A DNA stretch of 64,000 nt from Eledone cirrhosa (taxonomy: Eukaryota), in the NCBI GenBank assembly GCA_964016885.1, contig OZ024748.1:56296001-56360000 (forward strand), written 5' to 3'. Numbering within the stretch: position 1 is the stretch's first letter; every line of letters starts with the position of its first letter. Under the pieces are notes generated by a model that was not told the DNA's origin, did not search any database, and saw nothing but the letters and a program-made list of their open reading frames with translations. A program made the translations under genes and the position numbers. This document shows positions 1 to 14,200 of this stretch, piece after piece.

Positions 1-83
1 TATATTTAGCCATTGATAGATGTCATTTTTTATGGCACAGTTAATGTAGTGATATATATAGAATGTTGAGAACATTCGCTTAC

Positions 84-302
84 CTGCATAACATGAAATA
101 TGTTTTCTGGTCCATCGATTGTATTGATTTATCGCAAAATACTGCCCAATCTGGCACAAACGATGAAGACGGTGACTACAATAGTGAACAATGGTGGCAT
201 ACGACTTGTGGGGGCGTGGTGCTGGTTGAGACAAATGATGAGTTGAATGGATGTTTTGAACACCACGAGCAAGAATATAATTTGTTACAACGTGTAAATA
301 TG
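84..302 (-). CDS. Probable internal coding exon (219 bp, phase 1-1) of an unidentified gene
   Basis: Minus strand has acceptor ttgtcgtttatttctcag| at 303 and donor CAG|GTAAGC at 84/83. Only one of three frames is open: YLHVVTNYILARGVQNIHSTHHLSQPAPRPHKSYATIVHYCSHRLHRLCQIGQYFAINQYNRWTRKHISCYA. Length is a multiple of 3. No product recognised. Confidence 0.55.
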
Positions 303-1047
303 CTGAGAAATAAACGACAAGAACCATTTTGTATATTAATTTCTATATATATCAGTAATTTTAGTTTACATACCAATTTTCAATTAAGAAATATATAACA
401 GATGAGAAAATTTGAAAGTAAAAAATGCGTGCAGCAAGAAGCATCTTAAAAAAATACAATCGTTACTGCATGTATATAAAGTGACGGTATATTCATGAAC
501 ACTCTGAGCTTCTTAAACTTGTTTTGGGGTATAGTTCAGATGAATTGTTGAAATATTATTATCTTATTTTAAATGGCAGATATCTTCACTGATTAGGTAT
601 TCTGCTTTATGATTTAGGTTGAACACTAGAGATAATGCACACAACCACAAGGATATGGTTACGCATTAGAGTCTCCATAAATCTTATGCCATAAACTACA
701 TTTCTAATTTGACATTTCATAAAGGGTTTACATTTCAAACCATACTATTTCTATTAGTGCTATCAGTACTGACAGTAACATTACCATGGTATGCTATTTC
801 TTTCGGGATAATGAACAAATGTTCCATGAAGCAGAGTTGTAACAATAAAATTATTAAATATGAGGATGAAATTAAATATTTAAACACCAGCCAAACAGTG
901 AATAGTAAATTATCGTTGAGATTTCAACAAAATGTTTGAACTGATGTTTTATTCACATGTTTTGTCCTCACAACACACTGATATGCAGACAGCTACGGCC
1001 CTTGCTATAACAGACGGGAAATTAAAAATAACGGAGTATTCTGCAAG

Positions 1048-1085
1048 TAATAAAATAGAGAATATGCGCACACACACACGCGTGC

Positions 1086-1124
<39 letters not shown>

Positions 1125-1279
1125 CACACATATATATATAAATATATATGTATATTTATACATATATATGTATGTATATATGTATAAATATACATATATA
1201 TTTATATATATATGTGTGTCTGTTTATATATATATATATGTATATGCATGCGTGTGTGTGCGCATATTCTCTATTTTAT

Positions 1280-1281
<2 letters not shown>
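1048..1281. repeat. Inverted repeat (~50-bp arms) around a degenerate (TA)n spacer
   Basis: taataaaatagagaatatgcgcacacacac... at 1048 is the reverse complement of ...gtgtgtgtgcgcatattctctattttatta ending at 1281. Confidence 0.8.
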
Positions 1282-1347
<66 letters not shown>

Positions 1348-1488
1348 CATATATATAATATATATACATATATATATATAATATATATACATATATATAT
1401 ATATACATATATATACATATATATATACACATATATATATATATACATATATATACATATATATATATGTATATGAACATATAGTTAT

Positions 1489-1571
<83 letters not shown>

Positions 1572-1647
1572 CACACACATATATATATTTATATATATTT
1601 ATATATATATATATATGAACATATATTTGTTTATATATATATATGCA

Positions 1648-2075
1648 TCTATATATAAAATTAAGTACGTGTGTCTGTGTATTACATATAGGGGCCTACA
1701 TCTTACGACCGATTTTCATTAATCTTTACAGGCTCATAGATGAGTCACCGAGGAGTGTTTTCTATATATCAGCATATCGTTTTTTTTATTCCGGGGTCAT
1801 TCTGCAGATAAAAATCGATAGGGGTTCACCTTTTTTTAGGTATCGAAAAATAAAATGTTTGGCTCTAGCTCCCATATTTTGCCATCGATTTTGTTCAAAT
1901 TGTAAGGCAAAATAGAATTTAGGATTGCACATCATGTATTGTCTTCATATTTTGAATTTGTTCTTCAGGAACGGCGTGGCAGCCGCTTAAATATTCGGAA
2001 ATACCACCTTTTCGCTCAAATTTCCGTCTTTTCGACTCTAGCTCCAACATTTTTCAACCGATTTCGGGCAAATTC
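1648..2075 (+). mobile_element. Possible non-autonomous Helitron/Helentron-like fragment
   Basis: Begins a|TCTATATATAAAATTAAGTACGTGTGTCTGTGT, resembling non-autonomous Helitron 5' ends. Internal repeated motif ctctagctcc...ttt...cgattt...caaatt at ~1863 and ~2036. No 3' hairpin/CTRR found. Confidence 0.3.
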
Positions 2076-2215
2076 ATATGAACATTTATTTATGTTAATG
2101 TATGTTCATATATATATATATAGATATATATATATGAATATGAACATATAGTTATGTTCATATATATATATATATATCTATATATATATGTATATTAATA
2201 TCTCGTAGATTGGAT

Positions 2216-2404
2216 ATTATTGTTTCTACTTTTGGCACAAGGCCAGCAAATTACCCAGTGTATTACTGGTACTTTATTTTATCGACCCCGTAAGGATGAA
2301 AGGCAATGTTAACCTCGGCGGAATTTGAACTCAGAATGGCAAGGGCCGTAACTCTATGCGTCAAAGCATGGCGTCCGACCCTCTACCGATACTGCCAATC
2401 CACC
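2216..2404 (-). mobile_element. tRNA-derived SINE, family A
   Basis: Minus strand: A-box-like TGGCAGTATCGGTAGAG, B-box-like GAGTTCAAATTC, core GCCTTTCATCCTTACGGGGTCGATAAAATAAAGTACCAG, tail GGCCTTGTGCCAAAAGTAGAAACAAT. Closely similar copies occur elsewhere in the window. Confidence 0.9.
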
Positions 2405-2948
2405 GCTTTATATATATGTATATTAACATATATTTATGTTTATATATGTTCATATACAAACATAGAATTATATATACATATACATGCATATATACTCCTA
2501 AATGGAACTTTGGTGCATGTCCGTGCATGTACGTATGTATGCAGTCTCGCAGTTACCAGCTTATTAAGTCCAGACAGAGAATACTGAGAAAGAGAGAAAT
2601 AGCAAAGTTGACAATAACTGTTAAGTGGACCTTTTATAACATCGACCTTTTCCATGCTTACATGTATTTTAGGACAGGAATGTTTTATTGATGTTGGGAA
2701 AGGGGGTTCGCATGAGGTGGTTATAGATCATAAATGCTTTATTCTTTGATCAAAGAGACAAAGATGAATCTCGATTTACATCGCCAAATTATTAATAAAT
2801 AAATGAATAAATATGCAGTAGAAAAAACAAATCAACTAACAATACAAACACAGAGGAAATAAATATATATATGGTACGTTTGTTACGCTATACGTATAGA
2901 TATCTCAATAACATAATCATACACGAATATATATATATATGTACATAC

Positions 2949-3023
<75 letters not shown>

Positions 3024-3112
3024 ACATATATATATATACGTATATATATATACACACACATATATACCTATATATATATATATATACATATATATACCTA
3101 TATATATATATT

Positions 3113-3192
<80 letters not shown>

Positions 3193-3407
3193 CATGTATA
3201 GATATGTGTAAGTGTGTATATGATTCATGAAATAGAATACTGAGCATCCATCAAATATCCACCATTAGCATCTGCATTACTTCAAATAGCAATATGTAAG
3301 TACATATATATATATATATGTAAGTATATACATACAAACATATATATATATATTTAGGTATATATTATATGTAATTACTTCATGTCGCGTGTGTGTCACT
3401 AATGTTT

Positions 3408-3605
<198 letters not shown>

Positions 3606-3631
3606 ATGTATTTGTTGGCATATTTCATAAG

Positions 3632-3760
3632 CTGCACACATTCTGGAAATGTGTTGAACGAGTCTTTATCATCACCGGACTCTGTGGAGTAGTTGGTGCT
3701 GAAATGAACGGACGTGCCTTTGAGGAGCTAATGGGCGCACGTACACGCATATTGTTTTTA
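3632..3760 (+). mobile_element. Possible decayed Tc1/mariner transposase C-terminal fragment
   Basis: SSPD in one frame is followed by CGVVGAEMNGRAFEELMGA in another, loosely like the SPDLNP..(W)G..E...N....EEL motif, with a deletion. Short and frameshifted. Confidence 0.25.
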
Positions 3761-3877
3761 TTCAAGAACGTTCGTATATGATTCTCTTTTTTTTTCTGTG
3801 ATATCATACTCTGCTCGATGAGAGTATAGAGTGCTCATACGACCTACAGCATACGGACGCTTTAAGCATCCAATACC

Positions 3878-3927
<50 letters not shown>

Positions 3928-3969
3928 TTAAATATTTACATATATATATACATTTACATATTTAAATAC

Positions 3970-4001
<32 letters not shown>

Positions 4002-4008
4002 CTCTCTT

Positions 4009-4053
<45 letters not shown>

Positions 4054-4476
4054 ATGTGTGTGTGTTTATGTTCATGTTATTGTCTGTCTCTGTGTTTCTA
4101 TGTGTGTATGTGTGTGTATGAGAACCACTGTGTTTTACGAATGTGCATCACATAAACTCAAAATTAACCAACACCCTCGTCTCCATTATAAGCAGCACAA
4201 ACACATACTTGCATGTATATACACAGACACGCACAGAACGTAAAATATTCTGTATAGTGTCCAACTCATTCAGTCACCAACACCCATACGTGGCCTCTCA
4301 AATATTTACAAAATAATAACTATACATACACTGAAGTTAACATGGCATATTATCATTGACTAGCCCACTAATGAATGACACATCTGCATTCATAGATATT
4401 ACCTATGATGAATGATGGAAGCACTTATTATGACCACACATGCAATCGAACAAAGAGAAATATAACACGTGTAACA

Positions 4477-4601
<125 letters not shown>

Positions 4602-4604
4602 ATT

Positions 4605-4658
<54 letters not shown>

Positions 4659-4768
4659 TATAGATATTTATATATATATATATATATTTATATATTTATA
4701 TATATATATATATATTTATATATTAATATATATTATATATATATATATATATGTATCTCTCTCTCTCA

Positions 4769-4882
<114 letters not shown>

Positions 4883-4959
4883 GTATATATGTATGTATAT
4901 ATATATGTATGTATATATGTATATATATATATATATCGTGTCTGAATTTGTTTAGCAAG

Positions 4960-5700
4960 ATTCTTTATCTGAAAACGTGTGTTGAAACCGATATTGTTAT
5001 ATTTTGAGAGGGTCATGTTGCCAATAAGAAACACACGCACCAGTTGCTTTCAGTCCAATTTCCGGTTGCCTGGTTGGTTCCAAAACCGAACGGTTGTTCA
5101 TATATTGTCAAAGTTCTTTCGTCACACAATTTGTGACCTTTTCTGTGATTGGGGATTATTTTCTTTGTTTGTGCCTCTTGTTTTTGTGTGTGTTGAGTGC
5201 TTAGTTTGCGCATGTGTTACATCCGGGTGTTTGTGTGTGTTTTTATTTGTGTATTTATTTGTTTATTTATATATTACTAGTTGGTTGTTTGTTCTATGTG
5301 TGTGTGTTTTCATTTTGTCTTTAATAGTAAGTTGTGATGTTGCTATTTCATTCATGTTTTCTATTTAATTTTGGTTGGAGTTCATTTAAGTTTATTGCCT
5401 CTGTGATTTGTCTAAACATTGCGTCTTTTTTGTGTGTAGATTTAATTTGTATTTGTATGTTCTCTAATTTGCCCTTATGTACTATTTTAGCATGTTGGTG
5501 GAGTACTGATGATTCTTTTCTATCTTGAAGCTCTCGCCAGTGTTCATTTAACCGTTATTCTATACTACGAGCTGTCTCAGCTATGTACACTATATTCTTA
5601 TCTTTACATTGTCCTTCGGTACATCTTATGACATTTACTATGTTTCTAGTTTTGCAGTTAATATGGGGGCTTAGATTATAGATTATGCATTTCTTATCTA
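4960..5700 (-). mobile_element. 5'-truncated Penelope-like retroelement: GIY-YIG endonuclease pseudo-ORF (5345-5698) plus 3' pLTR region
   Basis: Minus translation DKKCIIYNLSPHINCKTRNIVNVIRCTEGQCKDKNIVYIAETARSIE*RLNEHWRELQDRKESSVLHQHAKIVH...FRQITEAINLNELQPKLNRKHE* fits the PLE GIY-YIG pattern (C.T.NVVY.I.C..C...YIGET.R....R..EH...L..H...H...E......P.LN). One internal stop. Confidence 0.85.
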
Positions 5701-5703
5701 TGC

Positions 5704-5885
5704 AGACACCCGGATGTAACACATGCTCAAACTAAGCACACCACACACACAAAAACAAGATGGCGTAGGACAGAACAAAGAAGAAGCACAAAACAAAGAA
5801 AAGAATCCCCAGTCACTGAAGAGGTCACACAATGTGTGACGAAATATCTTCGTAACAGTATACGAATAAAACCTATAGGTAGGTA
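5704..5885 (+). mobile_element. Inverted pLTR copy at the 5' end of the truncated PLE, with HHR motif
   Basis: acacccggatgtaacacatgctcaaactaagcac...aatccccagtcactgaagaggtcacacaatgtgtgacgaaa is the reverse complement, with divergence, of ~5105-5232. Confidence 0.8.
5811..5858 (+). ncRNA. Type I hammerhead ribozyme-like motif
   Basis: CTGAAGA(5816-5822)-g-GTCACAC-aat-GTGTGAC-GAAA(5841-5844): core boxes with a perfect 7-bp stem II. Stems I and III are partly decayed. Confidence 0.6.
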
Positions 5886-6770
5886 TGGGGCTTCTCAAGA
5901 GAGACGATGAGGCATTTATGGTCGATAAATGTCGTTCTCGTACTCAGCAGCAACAGACAAGATTCATATATAGGCCAGCGAGACAGTCTGTTGTTGAGAC
6001 AACAAATGTATGTAAATGCATCTTAGTGGGAGGGTAGAAATGTGTGTATATGCGACAATATCTGGGTAGAACATTATCCATTGGATGTTAGAGAACATTT
6101 TGTCATATTTGTGACCAGTAAGTGAATGAACCGAGGCAAAATATATGTTGCTGTTCGCGAAGGATTCTAGTAGGTTATTTGAAATTGATTTGCTATGTAT
6201 TCCACAATATATATGTCATTTTTGTGTGTCGCTAGTGTCATTTGTAATATTTAGTTTCATATAATCCGTGAGCAAGGAGACTTATTATTCAATGCATTGC
6301 AGCCCTCAAAATTTCGTCTTTGTTTTCAGATGTAATGTACCTAGTACGGAAAATAAAACGACTTTTATAACCATATGATCAATAAACCTCCTTTCCTTTC
6401 TGAAAGTAAGATGGAAACTGATTGGAGGTTTGGTTGTTATTTACTGCAGCTTGTACGACCACCTTACCCTAGGCAGATGACATCTTGGAAGTTGATACAC
6501 TGTTTCCGTAAATATACGTCACTTATATTAATGAATGCTGGGCTCACTCTTAGTAGACTAAAAGGAGATACGAATCTGCGGATTTGAATAACACGGTTAC
6601 TTTCTAATACTTTACATCTAAGTTGGTGAATATTTATTCAAATAAGTAACAGACGTCAATAGTTTTCGAGCATGTTAACTGAGGAAATAGCAACACTACT
6701 CTAGATGTTTGGGTAATATAAAAAAGAGAATTCATCGCATATATATGTCAATAAATATATATGTACATAT

Positions 6771-6813
<43 letters not shown>

Positions 6814-6848
6814 TATATATATAGACATATATATACACATATATATAC

Positions 6849-6894
<46 letters not shown>

Positions 6895-6937
6895 CATATA
6901 TACATATATATATACACACATATATATATATATACAC

Positions 6938-7002
<65 letters not shown>

Positions 7003-7173
7003 TATATATATATGTATATATATATTTGTATACATATATATGTGTATATATATATATATGTGTATATATATATATTTGTACACATATAAATATATATCTA
7101 TATATATATGTATATATATGTATATATATATATAATAAAAAATTGAACAGGGACAGAACAGAGAGGCAGTACG

Positions 7174-7259
<86 letters not shown>

Positions 7260-8186
7260 ATATATATATATATATATATGCGTGTGAGTGATTGTGTGTG
7301 CGTGAGTCAATGAGCATAAATACCATTGTGTATATGTATATATGTGTGTGTGTATATGTAATTACAGTGAACAAACTATAAACATGTGTCTACATAAGTA
7401 TGCATCTAAGTATAAGTAGGTACTTATAATGCATATGTAGGAGGTAACATGGAGTTAGAAGTACATTAATATGCTGTTAGCATTTGTGAAAATCAGTCGA
7501 GAAATAAGTTACTCTCTTTCCGACGTTACTCACGTTCTGAGTTCAAACTCAGCGGGATTCAAATTTTATATTTCATGTCACCGGAATTGTTTTAAAATAA
7601 AGGTTACTTGTGAGATATGTTCGAAATTCTCTTAGATAATTTCCTTGCTTATTACTAAACCAAAATAAAAAGGTGTCAAAGGAAAGAGAAAGAAACAAGA
7701 AACACATATATATATATATGTATATATATATGTATTATGTATTTGATAAATGATAAGTTTACACAAATAAAACATTATATAAAACATACAGAATAATAAT
7801 ATTAGATATATTTAGATTGTTTTCAAAATGAAAAGAGGGAGTGTGGCCTCGGCTTCATCGAGACGGAGCAAACCAAAGTATGTGAAAATCGTGATGTTTC
7901 TAATGAATGGCATGCGTTTTATGTTTTTCTTTGCCCCCCAAATCTAAAAATATTGTTACGGATGTAGTAAATATGTTTTGGATTACAGATTGAATGTAGA
8001 AATGTTGTTGTTCTTTAAGGTATATTATATATCAACAATTTAAAGTATTAAACACATATCATCATACTTCATTTTGTTTTTAATAATTCTCTTGCATCAT
8101 AAGTTGTGTACCTCTATTTTTATATGGAAGGATATACATACAAATATGGTGAACCAATAGTAACTAAAAGTTAGTCACCAATAAGC

Positions 8187-8260
<74 letters not shown>

Positions 8261-9365
8261 TACGTGTGCGTATGTATTTGTCTGTGTGTGTATATATATG
8301 TATGTGTGTTCTTTCTTTGAAACATATACTTGGTATTGAAACAGCTTAAAAATGAGATTTTTCTATGAATGTTTTCAATGGTTGTAGGAATGTTCCTATT
8401 ATTATGTAGTGCAACCAAAATTTATGAAACGGTTTTGTGTTTTGATTATTGTGTAGAATGAGAGAGATGTTCGATCTCCAAAATGATGTAACACCCATGT
8501 TGAAATATACATGACGACATTGGGTTGAAACAATAAGGATGGCGTTTTCTAATTGTAAATTGGCCTACGAGTGGCTCCCTCTATATATTTCTCAATACGT
8601 GATATAGCTGGTTGGGATTTGATACTATGGGCGCGAATTGAACAAAAAAATAAAGATTCACCAGATGCTCTAACAATTACACTAACATTCTCTCACGGTG
8701 GCATGGTACTTTATTTATCGATCCCGAAGCAATTAAAGGTGAAGTTTTCCTGAATCATACGTTGAAGCAGCTTATTTTAAGCTAACAATCACAATCCAAC
8801 GTTTTCTGGAGGATTCTTGAATGCAATTGATCATTTGGCTACATTTACTTACAGATGGATAAGGCATAATTCGTAAGTGCATTGCATTGGCTTAATAGAT
8901 GTGCAGTCTTCAAGTATACGGCAAGTGCAGGATCAATATCTACAAGCGAAATTCGCAAACTTCTTCGGTCGTCAGTGTTTTACATGTCCAACTTAATCGA
9001 CTGCTTTTCTTAGCCAAAACACCTGCGTTAAAGTGGCTGACATTAAGATGAGAAAGAGTAAAATATATATATATATATTTTAATGCGATGAAATACCCAT
9101 GATCGTTTGGTAAATCAAAGATGAGGGACTCATTTTATAACATGTTATCCATGTGCAACCAGCAGTATTCTTCTCACCCATATTTTCATATATATATATA
9201 TATATAAAAATATATATATATATACACATTATTGTTACAGATTAAAAGTTTAAGCAATAAATTACTGTTTTCACCCTAAATGGTATCTTCTAATAAACCT
9301 TTGCTCTAAGGGCGTATATATAATTATATAAATATACAGTCATTCGGATTTTGGTCTTTGCATTA

Positions 9366-9425
<60 letters not shown>

Positions 9426-9895
9426 CGGCAATCTTAGAATTAAAGCACTGATTATAGACAAAACGCACCCACCAATCAATAAGAGACTAGAACTCAACAC
9501 CCAATTTTTAGCATGATAGACCACCTAACCCGACATTTACACCCCCACGTACCCTCTCTCACACACGCACACACGCACGCATACACATCCACTTATTCTC
9601 TCTCACACACACAAAGACCAGTTTAAACATGATAGAGCATCTAGCCCCCACATTTACATATAACCATATCCTCTCACACACACGCAGACGCACACACACA
9701 CACACATTCTTACACCTTCACGTATTTTCCCACACACACTTAGACGTACATGTCCAAACCCTTTTTAAAAGGAGACAACTCTTTATCCACCTAACATTCA
9801 CTCTTTGACATTAGAAATAGAATGGAATTTCTATACTATTTCCTGTCAGCATGACTTGGCAAGCTAATTAGAACACTGGATTAACCTCTTTACTT

Positions 9896-9932
9896 CCCTC
9901 CGAAGAAGAGATATTACCTCGAAAATTAAGGA
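9896..9932 (+). ncRNA. Degenerate hammerhead-like motif at the end of a C/A-rich pLTR-like region (~9440-9960)
   Basis: cct-CCGAAGA-a-gag-atattac-ctc-GAAA-at-TA-agg. The core has C in place of U4. The same cctccgaagaagagat start recurs at ~31733. Confidence 0.35.
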
Positions 9933-10380
9933 TATTCAAATAAATTTAAGGTAAAAGACTAATTGTCAGCAATATCTTTTGCATTTGTATTTATATTCTT
10001 TATCCATACATGCATTGTTTTGGCCTTCTAACTCCAAACGTTTATACCTCATTACGCAATGCTTTAAGTAAACTACAATTTCCTCCTATATATATATATA
10101 TATATATTAGAGTGTTGGGGTTAACAGAACAGGGATGTGCTGATCACGTTATGGTATGTCGGTTGTGAAGCAGATAAAAAGAAGTGCTCAACGCGGGGAA
10201 ATTATTGGATTTTTCCGAATTTAAAGGTTTATTAGGAACTTTCAATGTTTATTTTAGGTTTTGTCGTTTGAAGAGCTCAGGCTATCTAAACAGATATTCC
10301 TCAGTGAAATATGTAGAACGGAGTTTTAAGTAAACCGTAATTAACTGAATTTGGCCACCGATCTTTTATTAATATATATA

Positions 10381-10454
10381 GATACATACATACATACATA
10401 CATACATACATACATACATACATACATACATACATACATACATACATACATACA
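10381..10454. repeat. (TACA)n tetranucleotide microsatellite
   Basis: Direct reading. Confidence 0.95.
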
Positions 10455-10627
10455 TGTACGTGTGTTTGTGTGTGTCCGCGCGTATCATACATATGCAAAC
10501 ATCGAAGTACACAAAAATGTATGTGAGTAGTTGGGGGTGGGAGGGTGTTGCGTAAGCCTAGCTGGAAAAATACAACTTCCTAAGACCAATCATATGTATA
10601 CAATACCTGATTATCTCAAATTTTATA

Positions 10628-10807
10628 GTGGCAGTATCGGTAGAGGGTCGGACGCCATGCTTTCCAGCATAGTTACGTCCCTTTACGATCTGAGTTCAAA
10701 TCCCGCCGAGGTTGACTTTGCCTTTCATCCTTACGGGGTCGATAAAATAAAGTACCAGTAATGCACTGGGTAATTGCTGACCTTGTGCCTAAAGTAGAAA
10801 CAATTAT
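10628..10807 (+). mobile_element. tRNA-derived SINE, family A
   Basis: TGGCAGTATCGGTAGAG...GAGTTCAAATCC...GCCTTTCATCCTTACGGGGTCGATAAAATAAAGTACCAG...CCTTGTGCCTAAAGTAGAAACAATT. Confidence 0.9.
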
Positions 10808-11129
10808 ATAATACGGATTTCAGTTTCTTATGAGAGTAGGAGTATTTTTGAAGGAGATTTGGCTGTTGTTTCATATTTAGAAGAGAGATACCTTATATAT
10901 TCAACTGTTCACTAGATAAGAGAACTTTATGCAATAAGAATAAACATTTCACTGGCGGAGTCGGCTACAGGTAAAATGACATTGCTGAAATATATATACC
11001 GACACACTAACATTGTGAAATAGAGGAAGGCGCTTGTGGTATATTGTTTTCGGAGAATCATTTATATGTCTGTCTGTCTATCTATCTATTTATACACTCA
11101 TCTAGCTAACTAACTTTCTCTCTCTCTCT

Positions 11130-11208
<79 letters not shown>

Positions 11209-11889
11209 GGAGTCTGTTTGTGTATCCGTAATTCTATATACTAAAGGTGATGTGAACGAGCGCACCGTATAGCTATTTAAAATTAAGCGGAGGCTAGGTG
11301 TAATACTACTCGAATATATCATGATTTGTAGCATAGACCATAAAGTGCAACACCCCTTAGAGCCAGACATCTTATTAAACAATATTGCACGTTGTGGTCG
11401 TATGCCATCGAGCCTCTAGCAAAGGCCTCCTGTCTAGCTCCATTGTCCTTCCTTATAACGGGGTGGATATATGTTACGTAAACCGTGCTGAAGTCTAAAT
11501 TTCGTATTAAAAGCTAATAAATGCTAGAGAATAATCTTAAGTCGTTATAGACAACCTGTCTAATTCAGCTGGCACGGGTAATACACTCAGTTCATGCTCT
11601 AAATATTTGATGTCACGAAAGGTATAGTCAGATATACACTGACAAAATTGATGGGAAGAACAGCATATATGTTTTACATTGATTGCGTATAAAGTAATAA
11701 CAATTATCAGGATTGTGCGGCCCACTCGACTGGAATGACTGATCTAGCAATGGAAAACCACATTCCCTTTCATGTGCAGAAAGCTACTATCAAAGTACTT
11801 CCTCATCACAATTGTCATGTAACACATCCACCGAGGTCCACACTTAACATGGGAATACTAAAATGCAGATCTGGTTAAATTTTGAGGAC

Positions 11890-12490
11890 CCTACAGAGGG
11901 CAAGTGTTTGTTGTGTACAGGAGGTGAGACGATATGATTCCACAATCAGGCAGCAGTTATATAATGATTTGGTTTAGGAAATTCTGATCGGGTAGGTGGA
12001 AAAAGACATTAAGATTGATACCTGAGACGTGGGTGGATGGGATAGTGGATGTTATTTAAATTAAGTGACAGAATTATGAAGTTCAGAATAGGCTATGAGA
12101 ATAGAATGGATAACGACTACAATAAAGTCTACTGTGGTAACACTATCAGGACAAAGTAAAACCAGAAGAATATATAAAGTTCGGAAAAATAAGAAATCTT
12201 CCCTCCAGGAAAGTTAGGGAGGCTATTTGATGTCTCAGTGCCACGTATGATGCTGCAATGAACTTAGAGGATATGCAAAAGCTAGAGATAAATGATCCTA
12301 GTTAATATGCGTGAAAGAGAAAACAAGTATGGACAAAAATTAACCTGAATATGAGAGCAATTGGATGTAGTTACTACGCTGGTATGGACATGAATGGTGA
12401 TCAATGTGTGAAAAATGGTGACGAATTCCAGGTTCAAGGAGACCGCAGTACAACATAATGAATATCTGGGCACCGCTGATATCACATTGC
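11890..12490 (+). mobile_element. Possible highly decayed non-LTR retrotransposon C-terminus (zinc knuckle plus restriction-like endonuclease type)
   Basis: Broken frames give GKCLLCTGGETI* (~11900), LFDVSVP (~12225) and LGTADI (~12467), in the order expected for CxxC...ET..H, IDVAVP and LGTA.I motifs. Many stops and frameshifts. Confidence 0.35.
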
Positions 12491-12784
12491 CGATGCACAA
12501 AGGAGAATTAATGAAGAAAGGCAATGACTGCGCTGTAAAAAACCGGTGATCTAAAGAAATCACGATAAAGTGAGAATAAAATGTATATATATAGATATAT
12601 GTATATATATATATATATATTATTTATATATGAACATACATTTAGACACACACGCACGCACACTTACAGAGAGGGAGAGAGAGAGAGGAGGAGGATTTCA
12701 TATGAATGAAATATATAAGTATGTGTATGCATATATGTCTCACCATATATATATATGTGTGTATGTACACGCACACTACACATA

Positions 12785-12825
<41 letters not shown>

Positions 12826-13145
12826 GTATATATATATGCACGTGGATTCAGAAATATTTTTCTATATTTAAATTGAAAATCTTTGTGCAAATATCCCTTC
12901 CATTATGAATGGTCCGACCAGTACAAAATGGTTAAGATTTTCTGGGGTAATTAGACAGCTCGGCAAACCCATGTGATTATACCAGACAAAGTGGAGCCCT
13001 ATAGCAAGAGACAAGTTAATTCAATAATGAAATAGGAAAATACAGCGATAAAATATTAGAAAAAATAAGGGAAACCTAAATACTGAAAGCTATATTTTTC
13101 GACGATTTGAAGTTTCTGCCAGGCGACCACAGGTTAATTACCATT

Positions 13146-13368
<223 letters not shown>

Positions 13369-13473
13369 GCGTATTCTATTATATATTTACAATTATATAT
13401 ACATATGATAATAATAAAATTCATAATGTATGCTATGCGTATATAGATATATATATATTTCTAAATTGTAAAA

Positions 13474-13512
<39 letters not shown>

Positions 13513-13591
13513 CATACCTACGTATGTATTTATGCATATAAGTATAAATACATGGAAGTATATTATGTATGCTATACATATGTATGTATGC

Positions 13592-13627
<36 letters not shown>

Positions 13628-13668
13628 TGTGTGTGTGTGTATAGACATTTCTAATTTTTTTTCTTCAG

Positions 13669-13831
13669 ATCAAACAATTTCGCTATTCAACAAATTACAT
13701 TGATAAAATAAATACCAAGCAACAATGAACGCAGGAGTGTTGCTGTAGAGTGGTCAGTGTCTATAGATTCGGGCAGAAAAATGATAATAAATATAGTAAA
13801 ATTCATAGATAAAGAATGTAGGTTTGCTCAG
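13669..13831 (+). other. Candidate non-coding (UTR/lncRNA) exon
   Basis: Branch-point-like ctaat plus ttttttttcttcag| acceptor and CAG|GTAAGC donor, 163 bp apart. Stops in all three frames. Confidence 0.3.
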
Positions 13832-14027
13832 GTAAGCTGAACGCATACAGCTAGTTGTCTATTATGTCATAGCATCAGCTGAAAGCCAGTTACTCGTTCA
13901 TACATTCTCTCGTATCACTACTAAACACTGAGTGTTCTGCCTGTATGTAGGTATGTAAGTATTATGTATGTATGTAGGTATTATGTATGAATGTGTGTAT
14001 GTAACAGATACAATCACACAAAATCAG

Positions 14028-14085
<58 letters not shown>

Positions 14086-14150
14086 ACACTTACACGAAAA
14101 TATATATATAAATAATGCATATATATATGAGTAAATACGCATATATATTC

Positions 14151-14200
<50 letters not shown>

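Noticed and set aside
63-398. 111-aa plus-strand ORF
   Set aside because: Overlaps the minus-strand exon candidate, which has both splice sites; best explained as its antisense shadow.
709-939. ORF with a signal-peptide-like hydrophobic N-terminus
   Set aside because: Starts at TTG, is short and AT-rich, and has no supporting splice or homology evidence.
7480-8750. Very degenerate SINE A-like fragments (~7520-7605, ~8704-8745; also ~58215-58320) and a SINE B-like fragment (~57850-57910)
   Set aside because: Probably real old copies, but too decayed to bound confidently, so not listed as features.
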